DNA of 64,000 nt from a virus: positions 34,504 to 98,503 of the IMG/VR virus record IMGVR_UViG_3300020192_000009, one strand, 5' to 3'. Positions 42,339-52,502 of the stretch are shown piece after piece. The translations under genes and the position numbers were made by a program. The notes under the pieces were generated by a model. It did no database searches. It was given only the letters and a program-made list of their open reading frames with translations, and was not told the origin of the DNA. The first letter of the stretch is position 1. Each line of letters starts with the position of its first letter.

Positions 42339-43019
42339 TCAAAGGCCGGGGAGCGTTGGTGCCGTGTTCCACACAAATGCGTTGCAGTAAAGCTGCAATC
42401 CCCGCATAAAAACGGGTGTGCAATGCGCACGCACACGAGCGTAATATGGCAGCACACGCCGGTCTAGGTTTACCCCTTCCACGGCGCCTCCCACACACGT
42501 AGCGTCCCACGCAATCCTGACTACTTGCTGCATGTCGATGCTGCCAACAGACGTGACAACGGGCATGCGAAACCAAATTTGAAAGTAGTTGGCATATCGA
42601 AGCACTTGGTAAGCCTCTGCCTCTGCGCCAAGGATACGCGAAAAAAGCACCAATATAAAAGCGCGCGCAGCGGTCATACGCGCATACGTGGGATCCGGTG
42701 GAACTGGAAGGGGTGGAAAATGACTGCGCCGTGTCTTAGCGACCTGCACAAGGCCCGCGATACGCACGCCCAAATGTGTGTGGCAAGTGATGCCCCCAAG
42801 TGCATGCATCGCTTTATGCGCCGCCGTTGTGGGCGCTGGGCAATTGAAGCGAACGTAAGTGACATAGTGCCCACCGTAGCAGCGACGCGCTGAACGTCGC
42901 GGACGATACCTACCAAACAACCAAACAACATGTTTGCCTTCAGGATGGAACGCGCAAGCTGCTTCAAACGTTCCGAAACAATGCAATTTTGTGCGTAACC
43001 GCGGCTTTGAAGCTTTCAC
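42339..43019 (-). CDS. C-H-C-C paralog family member 1
   Basis: CAFHPEGKH...FNCP...ALGGITCH. Confidence 0.7.
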   Translation of the reverse strand: MKASKPRLRTKLHCFGTFEAACAFHPEGKHVVWLFGRYRPRRSARRCYGGHYVTYVRFNCPAPTTAAHKAMHALGGITCHTHLGVRIAGLVQVAKTRRSHFPPLPVPPDPTYARMTAARAFILVLFSRILGAEAEAYQVLRYANYFQIWFRMPVVTSVGSIDMQQVVRIAWDATCVGGAVEGVNLDRRVLPYYARVRAHCTPVFMRGLQLYCNAFVWNTAPTLPGL

Positions 43020-43669
43020 GCTTGCCACTGGCGCATCACAACGCGTTTCTCCCGGTTGAACATCGTCTCCCCTTTGTGGTACTGCTGCGTATACCGCAAC
43101 ATCCGCACGAGTTGTAATTGCGGTAAAGGGTAGTTTGTATTCAACCAAGCATAATCCGAAACCGATAATGATTGCACCGGAAGCGCATGCCGCCAATCTG
43201 TGTAGGTTTTGTCACCAATGTGAACGGGCGTTGTCGCAAAGTAGAAAATCGATCCACGCTGACCCTTCCGTTGCAACGTACCTTTAAACGTCAAGCCTTC
43301 ACCACTCCCGCTAACGATATGGAGCGTGAACCGTGATCCATCACGGTGTTTGCCGTTATACTGCGATTGCAAATAGCATTGCAGAAGGTTGAGCAACGAA
43401 TCGTCTTCTGCAAGTTTTCGTGTTGCACGCACTTTGCGAAGTGTCTCCTGGCGCGTGCGCAAATATACGCGAACAGCTGTACGGCAAACTACGGCCCCCA
43501 ACGCTGCAGCCGTACGGCTAGCGGCAGCATTTTCACACATACAATTCCAATCAATAAAACGCACCATAAAATAGGTACTGTTTGTTGGCGTGTAATGTAA
43601 CGTGACCGCATGCGAGGTTGCAGGGAAAGGTGCAAACACGCAAGGAATCTTCAATGCAAGCTGGTTCAT
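43016..43669 (-). CDS. C-H-C-C paralog family member 2
   Basis: CVFAP...H...WNCMC...ALGAVVCR. Confidence 0.75.
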   Translation of the reverse strand: MNQLALKIPCVFAPFPATSHAVTLHYTPTNSTYFMVRFIDWNCMCENAAASRTAAALGAVVCRTAVRVYLRTRQETLRKVRATRKLAEDDSLLNLLQCYLQSQYNGKHRDGSRFTLHIVSGSGEGLTFKGTLQRKGQRGSIFYFATTPVHIGDKTYTDWRHALPVQSLSVSDYAWLNTNYPLPQLQLVRMLRYTQQYHKGETMFNREKRVVMRQWQA

Positions 43670-44286
43670 AAAACTTCCCGATCAAATGCACGTTGTACGT
43701 AGCGCACTAGCAAATCCAAACGCAATTGCCCCAAATCGCAATTGGCGTTTAACCAACGTTCTGCGGTGCCATGCACCCATGGCGTGGACCAATGTGTTGT
43801 TGGGAAATGTTTTGGCAAACAAGGAAACCTTAGCCGAATAGGCAACGTCGCCGTGCCGATGCAAAGATCGATTGCAAGCGCCACGTGTAACACACCGTCA
43901 ATGTACACCGCACGTAGCCACATTTGCAAAGTTGAACCATCGGCATACGTTGTTGCATACCGTTTTTGCAACTGCCGATTTACGAATGCAAGCACACAAT
44001 GCGGACGCGTGGAAGCTACGGTGTCTAAGAGAGTTACACGAACACGCGGTAACCGAATGTGCTGTGCCACAAGCGCGCGACATGTGGCTTTCTGGTTATG
44101 TAACGCATCGACAACACGCGCAGCTTTTGAGGATTCACACGGACAATTCCAAACAATGCGATGCGCGTAACTGCGACGCGAAGCGAACAGTAAATACTGT
44201 AGTTCCACCGAATGCGTACCGAAAACACACTCAAGCTGTAACGGTATTGCCATCCGCTCTATGACAGGATCATGTGGGCGCGGCAT
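43666..44286 (-). CDS. C-H-C-C paralog family member 3
   Basis: CVFGTH...WNCPC...AL....ATCR. Confidence 0.75.
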   Translation of the reverse strand: MPRPHDPVIERMAIPLQLECVFGTHSVELQYLLFASRRSYAHRIVWNCPCESSKAARVVDALHNQKATCRALVAQHIRLPRVRVTLLDTVASTRPHCVLAFVNRQLQKRYATTYADGSTLQMWLRAVYIDGVLHVALAIDLCIGTATLPIRLRFPCLPKHFPTTHWSTPWVHGTAERWLNANCDLGQLRLDLLVRYVQRAFDREVL

Positions 44287-44299
44287 GCAAAGGCCTTTG

Positions 44300-44989
44300 C
44301 TAGGCGTACAACGCCTCGAAGCGTTTGTGGCGGCCTATGCACTTGCTGAGATTTTCAATAGCGTATTGAAAGGTCGTCCATGCATCCAGTGTAACAAAGA
44401 CTGCAGATTCACGGTCTGTTGAGTGCCACCCATAGCTAACACTGTAGCTCCATTCAAGGTATTCGTTAGTTTCCCAAAAAAGACAACCTTGCATCGTGAA
44501 TTCACCAAACAAAGCCCCGTAGTCTCTGCAGCAACGTACCGTTGGCGGCTCGACCACCGTACATGCGGCGGGAAATATACGTTGTTGTATCTGTAGGATG
44601 TACTTACTTGCAGCTTTAAAAAACTCGTGCGACACAGGGTCTTTTAACGGCGCAACACGCTGGTGTGTAGATTTGTCTTTCAAGGCGGCCCGCACAGTTC
44701 TACGACAACATTGCATGCCCCCGAGTGCCATCGCAACGGTAGCTGCCGTATTACTTGTACAAGGACAATTCCAAGTGATAGCGCGGACCAAGTTATCTGA
44801 AATTTGCGCACCCTTCACAATGTGCAACGTAATATCGTGAACTCCATTGGGCGCAAAGTCACAACGGATATCGCTGACAACAACCCTGTCAAAACGGTCT
44901 GTGGTGCGTGTCACGCACCAACGGAAGTCGCTACGTACCATAGGTTTAAGAAGCATCACATGACTCCTGTGCGTAGTAACGCGCGACAT
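44300..44989 (-). CDS. C-H-C-C paralog family member 4
   Basis: CDFAPNGVH...WNCPC...ALGGMQCCR. Confidence 0.75.
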   Translation of the reverse strand: MSRVTTHRSHVMLLKPMVRSDFRWCVTRTTDRFDRVVVSDIRCDFAPNGVHDITLHIVKGAQISDNLVRAITWNCPCTSNTAATVAMALGGMQCCRRTVRAALKDKSTHQRVAPLKDPVSHEFFKAASKYILQIQQRIFPAACTVVEPPTVRCCRDYGALFGEFTMQGCLFWETNEYLEWSYSVSYGWHSTDRESAVFVTLDAWTTFQYAIENLSKCIGRHKRFEALYA

Positions 44990-45596
44990 AGCGCCCTACA
45001 ATTTCAACTTGAGCGTACAACTCGGGGCCCAACAGTGCCTGCGCCAAACTCGTGGATGAGTCTGTGTGCATCGACGCCGCCACCTGTGCCAAACTGAATA
45101 CGGTATAAAATCCATTTACACAATTGTATCTAATTGTCGCGGTCCGAACTATTGGCGGTTCCCACGCCATCCGCGTATCCAAATCAATGCATAAATCACG
45201 ATTGCAAACAGCGCGTGCCAACCGCCATTCCGATGCTGCTGGTCGGTAACGTGCTTCCAGTGCGAACAAACACTGCGAAATAAACGCCGATTTACTGTGC
45301 GCCAACTGTGCCATTCGCACCGCAGCTTGTTGGCGTAACGCGCCTACACGGAGATCCCGGCAAGTGGGCAACCCAAGGGCTGTTAACGTCTCAGCGGCAA
45401 CAGCGCTTGCGCATGAACAATTCCAATTTACAGAACGTATGTAATACGGAAATTCTCGCCCAACTTGGCGCCTAGCGCTGTACGGCACGCTAGTGAAAAA
45501 CACATCGTGATAGCCTTTGGCTGCAAAGGCACAAGCAACGTTGCGAAACACACCCATGTATGGTTTTTTCCCAGCAAAGTGAATTTGGAGATCCAC
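44946..45596 (-). CDS. C-H-C-C paralog family member 5
   Basis: CAFAAKGYH...WNCSC...ALGLPTCR. Confidence 0.75.
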   Translation of the reverse strand: MDLQIHFAGKKPYMGVFRNVACAFAAKGYHDVFFTSVPYSARRQVGREFPYYIRSVNWNCSCASAVAAETLTALGLPTCRDLRVGALRQQAAVRMAQLAHSKSAFISQCLFALEARYRPAASEWRLARAVCNRDLCIDLDTRMAWEPPIVRTATIRYNCVNGFYTVFSLAQVAASMHTDSSTSLAQALLGPELYAQVEIVGRYVARYYAQESCDAS

Positions 45597-45599
45597 AAC

Positions 45600-46247
45600 C
45601 TAACCCCAAGGTGGCGTGGCTGCGTCGTCGTTGTAATAGAGTCGTGCGACAGCGTACGCAACATTGATCTCTGCCATCAATGCGGCGCTCCCACCCACAT
45701 CGGGATGGTGCTTACGCGCAAGTTCATGCATTTTTTCAGTTACACTTGCAAGTCGTACAGGAGGCGACTCAAAGCCTAAAACGACGTACCAAAGCTTAGG
45801 CGCATCGGCGGCGGTCAGCGCCTTGTAACCGGTGTACGCTTGCTCTTGTCGGCCTACTCCATAGCGTTGCTGTGCACGCATCGCTGTTAGGTGCGCAGCC
45901 ACCGCATTAAGGTTGTCTGCAACACGCTTCCAACGATCACAAGGAAACACAACAGACGTGTTTGTAATGCGAAAGTAGATGGCAACGCCCGTGTCACTCG
46001 GCTCGCGTACGCTGCTGTAAGGCAAGCCATCACGCCGCACAGGAATGTTTGTAGACATTACGATTGCAGTTGCCTTGAGCTTGCGCAGTTCATCACGCAA
46101 ACGCTGCAATGCAACCGTGATTGTCAATTCACGACCATGCGTGCTGAAGCGCGCGACTTGCTTACGATGCGCAGGCGTACGGCCTTCCCCCGCAGGCCAT
46201 TGCAAAGGGTACGCGGTGGTGAGTGTTTCTGTATCTTTGTTTTTCAT
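45600..46247 (-). CDS. Phage J-domain protein
   Basis: YPLQWP..RTP N-domain; C-terminal W..VLG...ARKHHPDVGGS. Confidence 0.85.
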   Translation of the reverse strand: MKNKDTETLTTAYPLQWPAGEGRTPAHRKQVARFSTHGRELTITVALQRLRDELRKLKATAIVMSTNIPVRRDGLPYSSVREPSDTGVAIYFRITNTSVVFPCDRWKRVADNLNAVAAHLTAMRAQQRYGVGRQEQAYTGYKALTAADAPKLWYVVLGFESPPVRLASVTEKMHELARKHHPDVGGSAALMAEINVAYAVARLYYNDDAATPPWG

Positions 46248-46489
46248 GAGTACTTGTCCTTAATTTTCTTTTTGCGCACGCTCGCGACAACACTGACGTG
46301 CAATTGCCCAATCCAGGTACACTGCAACCAAAAAACAGGGCAACCAACAGAGACTGAGCAATCCACAAAACAAAATAGTGGGCCCGGCTTCTTTGCGTAC
46401 ACCATTAGTGCCGAATGCCAGCCAGAAGAAACCGATTGCCCATGCCACGTACCAGCCGCCGAGAACCCACCCCAAGGTTGCGAACATAT

Positions 46490-46990
46490 TTAAAGTCTCC
46501 AAGTTTCTGTGCCAGGGGCCTTGTATTGAATCATCCAAGCGGTAGCGACACCAAGCGCGGCCCATGCATCGCTTTTAATGCCGTAGGTAGGGCCGGGATT
46601 CTTTTTGGTGCCTGGCGCTCCCCACAAATCAATCAAGCGTTGTCGAATCACGCTGTCATTGACGCCTTTGGTTTGTTTGCACAAAGCGACTTTGACTTGC
46701 GCGCGCGTAAGCCGTGTGTATAGGTCTTCGCGATTGGTGTCCAGTTGCGTGAATGCGTCGATGAAGCGCCCGATCCAAACACAGGTTTCAAACACCGTGG
46801 CACCGACTGCCATGCCGTAGGATGCAATCATTTCGATTGCCATGTGTGTGGTGGGTCGAGGCAACCGCGCAAGGTTCGCGTGCAACACCTCATTTGGTAG
46901 TTTGCCAAACGCAAGGATCCTGCGCGTTCGTACGTTTACGATTACCCAACCTGATTCGGTAGCGCCGGGATCTACTGCGATTATGTCCAT
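46490..46990 (-). CDS. RuvC-like Holliday junction resolvase
   Basis: IIAVDPG, AIEMIASYG, VFETCVWIGRF, DAWAALGVA. Confidence 0.8.
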   Translation of the reverse strand: MDIIAVDPGATESGWVIVNVRTRRILAFGKLPNEVLHANLARLPRPTTHMAIEMIASYGMAVGATVFETCVWIGRFIDAFTQLDTNREDLYTRLTRAQVKVALCKQTKGVNDSVIRQRLIDLWGAPGTKKNPGPTYGIKSDAWAALGVATAWMIQYKAPGTETWRL

Positions 46991-47053
46991 GTTGATCGTT
47001 ACCCTTTTGCCCTTGAAAATACGTACGCATAAGGCGTTTGCATCATGCGCGCC

Positions 47054-47728
47054 TCACCGCCTCGGAAGCCACCTCGGAAGTACATACGTGTAAGGCGTTT
47101 GCATCATAAGTACATTGGCAACGTCTGCGAAAGCATTAAATGCACGAATAATGCGCGGTAGACACGCTGCCATCTGTAGATCCACAACAGCTAGACCTTC
47201 AATTGTTGCCTGTTGCTTTTCAACACAATTAGCAACGTCCATTCCTGTATCGAGAGTACGCCCCCAAAAACAAAAACACGAAGCATCCGTGCCTAGCCCA
47301 ATACGCAAGCTCATAGTCAAAGCATCCTCCGCCCTTAAGCGCCATGACAGTCTCCTGGCGAAAATCACTGCATGGTCTACAAGGTTCGTTTCCAAAACAC
47401 GGGAAATGTACTTAACCAAAATGCGCTTACGGATTGCGATCAAATCATCAGGCTTTTGACTTTCGTAGCGTTGTCTGCGTAGCGCTATCAACGGGGCGCT
47501 GTCTCGGATATGCTTACGCCATGCCATTCGACAAGTGGCTTGTCCTAGGGCCGCCGCGACAACATGCGCAGCCTCGCTAGTTGCTTTGCAATTCCACTGA
47601 ACTGCGCCCGTGGTCGTCACATACGCAATACTGTGATTACCGCTGTCTGCAAAAGTACATGGAACGTGCAGCGTAAGCCATTGGTCCCGGTAGGTGCACA
47701 TTGATCCGCTTGTGGGTTGGTCGCGCAT
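47054..47728 (-). CDS. C-H-C-C paralog family member 6
   Basis: CTFADSGNH...WNCK...ALGQATCR. Confidence 0.75.
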   Translation of the reverse strand: MRDQPTSGSMCTYRDQWLTLHVPCTFADSGNHSIAYVTTTGAVQWNCKATSEAAHVVAAALGQATCRMAWRKHIRDSAPLIALRRQRYESQKPDDLIAIRKRILVKYISRVLETNLVDHAVIFARRLSWRLRAEDALTMSLRIGLGTDASCFCFWGRTLDTGMDVANCVEKQQATIEGLAVVDLQMAACLPRIIRAFNAFADVANVLMMQTPYTYVLPRWLPRR

Positions 47729-48006
47729 TAGCAGTCTTCTTTTGTAAAAATGGCGTCACTCAACCCCAAATACTTTTGAAATGTAGATCTACAAGTAACG
47801 CCCCCAAGCGCCACTGTTGTTGCATGCGCCACCTCATCGGTCACGGGGCATTGAAAATCCACAACCCCATAGTCAACGCTGAACCTCACAGCGTGCCCGT
47901 AGCCCTCGGAACAAAACCCACATTCAAGACTAGCGGAATTCCATTTAATAGACTCTAAAAGGCCCCACTCCAAGGAGCGTTTTTTGTGCCAGCGCCAAAT
48001 CATCAT
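47728..48006 (-). CDS. C-H-C-C paralog family member 7 (domain only)
   Basis: CGFCSEGYGH...FQCP...ALGGVTCR. Confidence 0.7.
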   Translation of the reverse strand: MMIWRWHKKRSLEWGLLESIKWNSASLECGFCSEGYGHAVRFSVDYGVVDFQCPVTDEVAHATTVALGGVTCRSTFQKYLGLSDAIFTKEDC

Positions 48007-48248
48007 GGTTGCTCCGAATCGTCCAAGCCTGCGTAAGGCCGCCACGTATGACGGCACGTCAATGCGCCTAACGCCATTGCGGTTTCGTGAACGGCATCAT
48101 CCTCCATGGGACAATTCCATTTCACCTGCTTACCGTCAGGGCTGTACTGTACAAGGTGTGAACCTGTGGGCGCGAATGTACACGGTGCTAAGACGCCATA
48201 CCAACCGTCAGTCACAAAGTAACGAGGCACAATGCCTGAAAGGCTCAT
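48003..48248 (-). CDS. C-H-C-C paralog family member 8 (domain only)
   Basis: CTFAPTGSH...WNCP...ALGALTCR. Confidence 0.7.
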   Translation of the reverse strand: MSLSGIVPRYFVTDGWYGVLAPCTFAPTGSHLVQYSPDGKQVKWNCPMEDDAVHETAMALGALTCRHTWRPYAGLDDSEQP

Positions 48249-48901
48249 AGGGTTCCCCCTTGCACTAAGCTCCACACAGTATCGCCGTGGTGTTTCGCAT
48301 TATGAGTTACCAACATCGGTTGCAACATGCCTTCGAGACAAAGCTGTAGCTGTCCCCCACGAGGCACAGCCCAAGGTGAAGCATTCAGGAGGCTAGACAC
48401 TGTTGGGAAAATTTTCCAAACAACTGTTGTGGGCCTTGAGCCCTTTAAAGGCGCAATATGCATTTGCACTTTAAGCTGAAGACCCCAAGCATCGGGGTGT
48501 TTGGCAATCTGTAATTCGACCGGCGCCCAATCAATTTGAATATAGCTGTCAGCGATGCGCGTTAAGGCAGGCAAACACTTAGCGATTGCGTGTTTGCAAT
48601 GCATGCTCAAAATCAGAGATTGCCCATTAACAAGATCGTCAATGTAAGCGTATTGCGCGGCGAGGCGTGCATCTCTAAGCGCGCATGCAGCTGCATTTTT
48701 TTGCATGTAACGCGGCCACCAGTGCCTGCAAGTGAAGTGCCCTAGCGCGTTCATGGTTTTGTGCGCGCTCTCATCTGCGATGGGGCAATTCCATTTGATG
48801 TTGCGCGTGCCAATCGTATGCCGCACATGGTGCGCCACGCCATTCGGTGCGTATGCACATGGAATGATTAGCTTGACGCTTTTGGCACGCGGTTTTTTCA
48901 T
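48245..48901 (-). CDS. C-H-C-C paralog family member 9
   Basis: CAYAPNGVAH...WNCP...ALGHFTCR. Confidence 0.75.
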   Translation of the reverse strand: MKKPRAKSVKLIIPCAYAPNGVAHHVRHTIGTRNIKWNCPIADESAHKTMNALGHFTCRHWWPRYMQKNAAACALRDARLAAQYAYIDDLVNGQSLILSMHCKHAIAKCLPALTRIADSYIQIDWAPVELQIAKHPDAWGLQLKVQMHIAPLKGSRPTTVVWKIFPTVSSLLNASPWAVPRGGQLQLCLEGMLQPMLVTHNAKHHGDTVWSLVQGGTL

Positions 48902-50457
48902 GTGCCTAACACCTGCGCTGCAATGGCGTCAAAGCCGAGTCCAAGGGAACGCTGGAAATCTTCTTTCACGCCCAGCGCTTCAATCAACTTGGTTTCGATT
49001 AGTGTGTCTGCGTACAGATAGACAACAACGTGGGGGCGCGCTGGACTGAACGTGCGCATTTCCGCCTGAAGCACGTAGGCGGGGATCCAATCTAGTTCAA
49101 CGAAAATTGCGTAATCACTTGCGCTCAGATCGATTGCAACACCACCAGCCGCAATGCTGGCAATGATCGCGCATGGATTAGGGGTTGCCGTGAACATCGT
49201 AATTTGATCGACATCGGAACCTGTACGGTAACGGTACGTCTCGAAACCTGGAAGCACACGCCGCGCGATCTCAGCGGCAACCGCATCTGCAACTTCAGTG
49301 TGCCACGTCCATAAGACAACTTTGGGATGCCCATTTGCCAAGGCATGTTCAACGCCATCAACAGCGGCTTTGATTTTGAGAGACGCGAGCTTGCGTCGTA
49401 GTGTCGCAAGATAGCCCGCAACTGTATTGGTGCCGCGAGCAAGACACGCGAGCATTGCAGCGCTTTCGACACTAGCGAGCTTGGAAGGGGGCACGGCAAC
49501 AGGTTCAATCACGCGTGTTGTGGGCGGCAGCTGTGGCGCTACATCATGCCAAGTGCGCCGCAACATAATGTGCTGCAACCGCGCTGCGAATTCATCGGCA
49601 TTGGAAAGGCCGTTGTATTGCCAGCCGTGAGCACCTGGCTGTGCGTCACAATAGTGTTTAGCAAAATTGAAATGTGTGTCCCACGCACCGGGGCAGATAA
49701 GGTTTAGCAATGCATACAGGCTGTCAGGTTTCGACCACATAGGCGTGCCGGTCAGGCCTATGATGCGTTCGGCGCGGCCCGCGAGAACCACAACGGCACT
49801 GGTGCGTTTAGCTTTGCGGTTTTGCATCGCATGAACTTCATCAAGTACGAGGGTGGCGATTGTTTGGCCGGTGGCACAAAGAAACCGTGTCCAGGCGTCC
49901 ACCACGTCAAAGTGCACGAAATAGGCGGGATATCCCAATGGAAGAGCCGTATTCGCAATGTCTTGGGTGCCCGTCAGCACGAGGGGGCGGAAGCCGTGAA
50001 CGCGCTCAACCCACGAAACCCATACATCGCGGCTTGCCAAAGGACCCACAATAACGAGGGATCCGTCTTTGGGATCGTGCGCATGACATGTAAGCGCAGT
50101 CTTACCTAAACGCATTTCATACGCAAGAAGAACGCCCTGCCTACTTAATAGGTAGGGGAGATCCGCCGCTTGGTAAGGGCGCAGCGTGACACCCGGAACG
50201 CTGCCGAGCAAAACACCGGCTGAAAGCGGCACACCTGCGCCCAGTGATGCCACGACGGAAGGGGGCAGCAAAGGTGTGTGCGAACGGTGAAACTTGACGC
50301 GGAAAACACCAGCGGGGTTAACCGTCCAATACATGCCGGGATGACGGCCATATTGCGTACGCCATTCAATTGGAGGATTGTCCCACACGAACCAATCGGT
50401 ACGGATAGGGCGGATATGTGTTGCAGGCGCCACGAGCACCCCTATACATAACGCCAA
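48898..50457 (-). CDS. SNF2-family (SF2) helicase
   Basis: LRPYQ, EMRLGKT, LDEVH, LTGTP, LRRT, QAEMR. Confidence 0.85.
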   Translation of the reverse strand: MALCIGVLVAPATHIRPIRTDWFVWDNPPIEWRTQYGRHPGMYWTVNPAGVFRVKFHRSHTPLLPPSVVASLGAGVPLSAGVLLGSVPGVTLRPYQAADLPYLLSRQGVLLAYEMRLGKTALTCHAHDPKDGSLVIVGPLASRDVWVSWVERVHGFRPLVLTGTQDIANTALPLGYPAYFVHFDVVDAWTRFLCATGQTIATLVLDEVHAMQNRKAKRTSAVVVLAGRAERIIGLTGTPMWSKPDSLYALLNLICPGAWDTHFNFAKHYCDAQPGAHGWQYNGLSNADEFAARLQHIMLRRTWHDVAPQLPPTTRVIEPVAVPPSKLASVESAAMLACLARGTNTVAGYLATLRRKLASLKIKAAVDGVEHALANGHPKVVLWTWHTEVADAVAAEIARRVLPGFETYRYRTGSDVDQITMFTATPNPCAIIASIAAGGVAIDLSASDYAIFVELDWIPAYVLQAEMRTFSPARPHVVVYLYADTLIETKLIEALGVKEDFQRSLGLGFDAIAAQVLGT

Positions 50458-50756
50458 TTATATAACAGTGTCAAGCGCGTTACGTAGAGTTTACCGCCGA
50501 AACGCTTACTCTTTTTGGTTGGCCGCGTCACGGGCGGCGCGGCGGCGCGTTTGGATCTCGTAAACAAGGATGTCCAAGCCGAGGATCGCAACGATCACGG
50601 CAAAGCCTAGCTGCCAAAGCTTCAGGCCCCATACGATGTCTAGATTGCTAAATGCGCTCACAGACATACAGGAATAACGCAAACGCATATTTGCGTCAAG
50701 TTTAAAAAAGGGCGCGCCACGCGTTTACACGGCATTGCGGGGCCTTTACGCCATTA

Positions 50757-50777
50757 GGACGTAGCTGCCCCCTCCCC
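50757..50777 (-). repeat. Core of the left copy of the inverted element flanking the 451-aa gene
   Basis: GGACGTAGCTGCCCCCTCCCC is a 20/21 reverse complement of 52391-52411. Confidence 0.85.
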
Positions 50778-50964
50778 ACACGAAACGAGACGTTTGGTGA
50801 AGCGTAGTAGCGGAAGTGAAATTGTGAACGGTCGTTACCGTAGCGTGTGTATGCGAATTTGCCAATGCTTTTTTAACGTGGCCTAAATGCCACATGTAGT
50901 TACGTGCACGCCACACGACGTAACTTGACGAACACGGGTGTAACGAGCTAAATCGGAAGACCCT

Positions 50965-52320
50965 ATGCAACAACATGTAGAACGAATGAAAAATGATCCG
51001 AAGGTGCAAAACGCTCTACTGAATCAAGCGATTCGGAACGACCGCCGCACCACTCGAAAGCCCACCAGCCGTATCGAGTTGGGCTACCAGGAAGAGATGC
51101 AAACCGCTCGTATTTGGGATCGCGAAATGTCGCGACTTTTGGCGATGCATGCAGCGAATCCGTTTAACGATGCCGATGAACGTGAAATTTGCAGCACTAT
51201 TGAAAAACGTTTGCTGTATGCAAATACGCACTTTGCAAAGTTCACTTGCACTCATGGATTGCCAACCGAACGCTGCGTGTTGTGCGTTCGCGCATTTGTA
51301 GCGCAAGACCATCAGCTGTCATGCGTATCGGCGCACCGGGAGGCAGCAACGCATGCCGACCGCGTAGGCGCTTCCGTTGCGTCCGAGATTGAGCTTGGCG
51401 GCAAAGCCTTCACGCTAGTGGCAACACACGCTGATGATGCGGACGCCACAATCACACAAAACGAATTGTTGGCCTTACGCAAACTCGGTGTAGCGCGCGG
51501 CGTGGACACATGGATCTTGCCAGATAGCACAGTGGTCGCTGTGGTCGTTATTGAGGCTTCTGATGAATTAAATCTTATAGGGATCACATGTAATTCAATT
51601 CGTACGCAACCCTTGAGCGATACCACGCAGCTTCGTCGCTTCTATCGGCAGTACCCTGAATGTTTGAAACGTTTAACAGTGCAACGTTGCATGACTGTGT
51701 TCTTGGAACGCAAACGACGTGCCCGCGAAAAAACTAAAGGCACCAGTGTGAACCAAGCTGCCCGTAACGGTATGGCAGCACATGCAGAAATACTCGCCGC
51801 CTTAGCGCCAGAGTTAAAGCCACGTAAGACACGTACGCCCAACATACGAATGAGGCGCAGCAATGGAATCTTTCGGCAACGTGGCCTGCGTATGGCAATC
51901 GCAAGCACTTGTATCGAACACACAAGCCCGGAGTTAAAACAAGCAGTTGCAACACAAGTTGCGCTTGCACAAGCACTTGAAAGTACGTTTACACGTGAAG
52001 ACGCGATCAGCCTTGAAAGCTGGACACGTAATCATGAATTGAATGTCATGCAGCTTGGCGCTGTAGCTTTGCAGGAAGGCCGTACAGGCACCGCTAACAG
52101 GACGGCAATCTTGCTAGGCGTGCTTCGTGGCCAACGTGCGAAGGCCCACAAGCGCAGCAAGCATGCAATGGGTGCCCGCACCCCCGCCGACAATCATATC
52201 GTGCCCCTGCCCGCGTTTGCGAACCACACATGCAAAACGCACAACGCACCCGTTGTGTTCCTTGGCATTGTGAATATCGGTCGCGACGCCACTAACGTTG
52301 CTGCGCTAAACGCGCTGTAA
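50965..52320 (+). CDS. Candidate compact, divergent TnpB/Cas12-like (type V) effector, possibly nuclease-dead
   Basis: RuvC-I-like GVD181TWILPDSTVVAV; basic helix RAREKTKGTS; RuvC-II-like DAISLE351; IVPLPAFANHTCKTH; RuvC-III-like RD441ATNVAALN; directly upstream of array 3. Confidence 0.5.
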   Translation: MQQHVERMKNDPKVQNALLNQAIRNDRRTTRKPTSRIELGYQEEMQTARIWDREMSRLLAMHAANPFNDADEREICSTIEKRLLYANTHFAKFTCTHGLPTERCVLCVRAFVAQDHQLSCVSAHREAATHADRVGASVASEIELGGKAFTLVATHADDADATITQNELLALRKLGVARGVDTWILPDSTVVAVVVIEASDELNLIGITCNSIRTQPLSDTTQLRRFYRQYPECLKRLTVQRCMTVFLERKRRAREKTKGTSVNQAARNGMAAHAEILAALAPELKPRKTRTPNIRMRRSNGIFRQRGLRMAIASTCIEHTSPELKQAVATQVALAQALESTFTREDAISLESWTRNHELNVMQLGAVALQEGRTGTANRTAILLGVLRGQRAKAHKRSKHAMGARTPADNHIVPLPAFANHTCKTHNAPVVFLGIVNIGRDATNVAALNAL

Positions 52321-52390
52321 CGCCTTTAAATTTACGGTTCACACAACCCTTTCCACCACTACTACCACTTACTCACTTCCGTTCATACCG

Positions 52391-52411
52391 GGGGAGGGGG
52401 GAGCTACGTCC
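52391..52411 (+). repeat. Core of the right copy of the inverted element
   Basis: GGGGAGGGGGGAGCTACGTCC. Confidence 0.85.
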
Positions 52412-52502
52412 ATGTTACGCACACAGCGCGCGCCACTTTTATTTTTGTACGATATTCACTCTCGCTTTACTTGTGCGTTTACGAATCTTGTCGTAAAAGA
52501 TT

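Noticed and set aside
46490-46990. RuvC-fold protein as the CRISPR effector
   Set aside because: At 166 aa with phage resolvase motifs it has no room for guide-recognition domains
50757-52411. IS200/IS605 or classical IS element
   Set aside because: No TnpA or DDE transposase and no clear target-site duplication; kept only as an unexplained inverted pair
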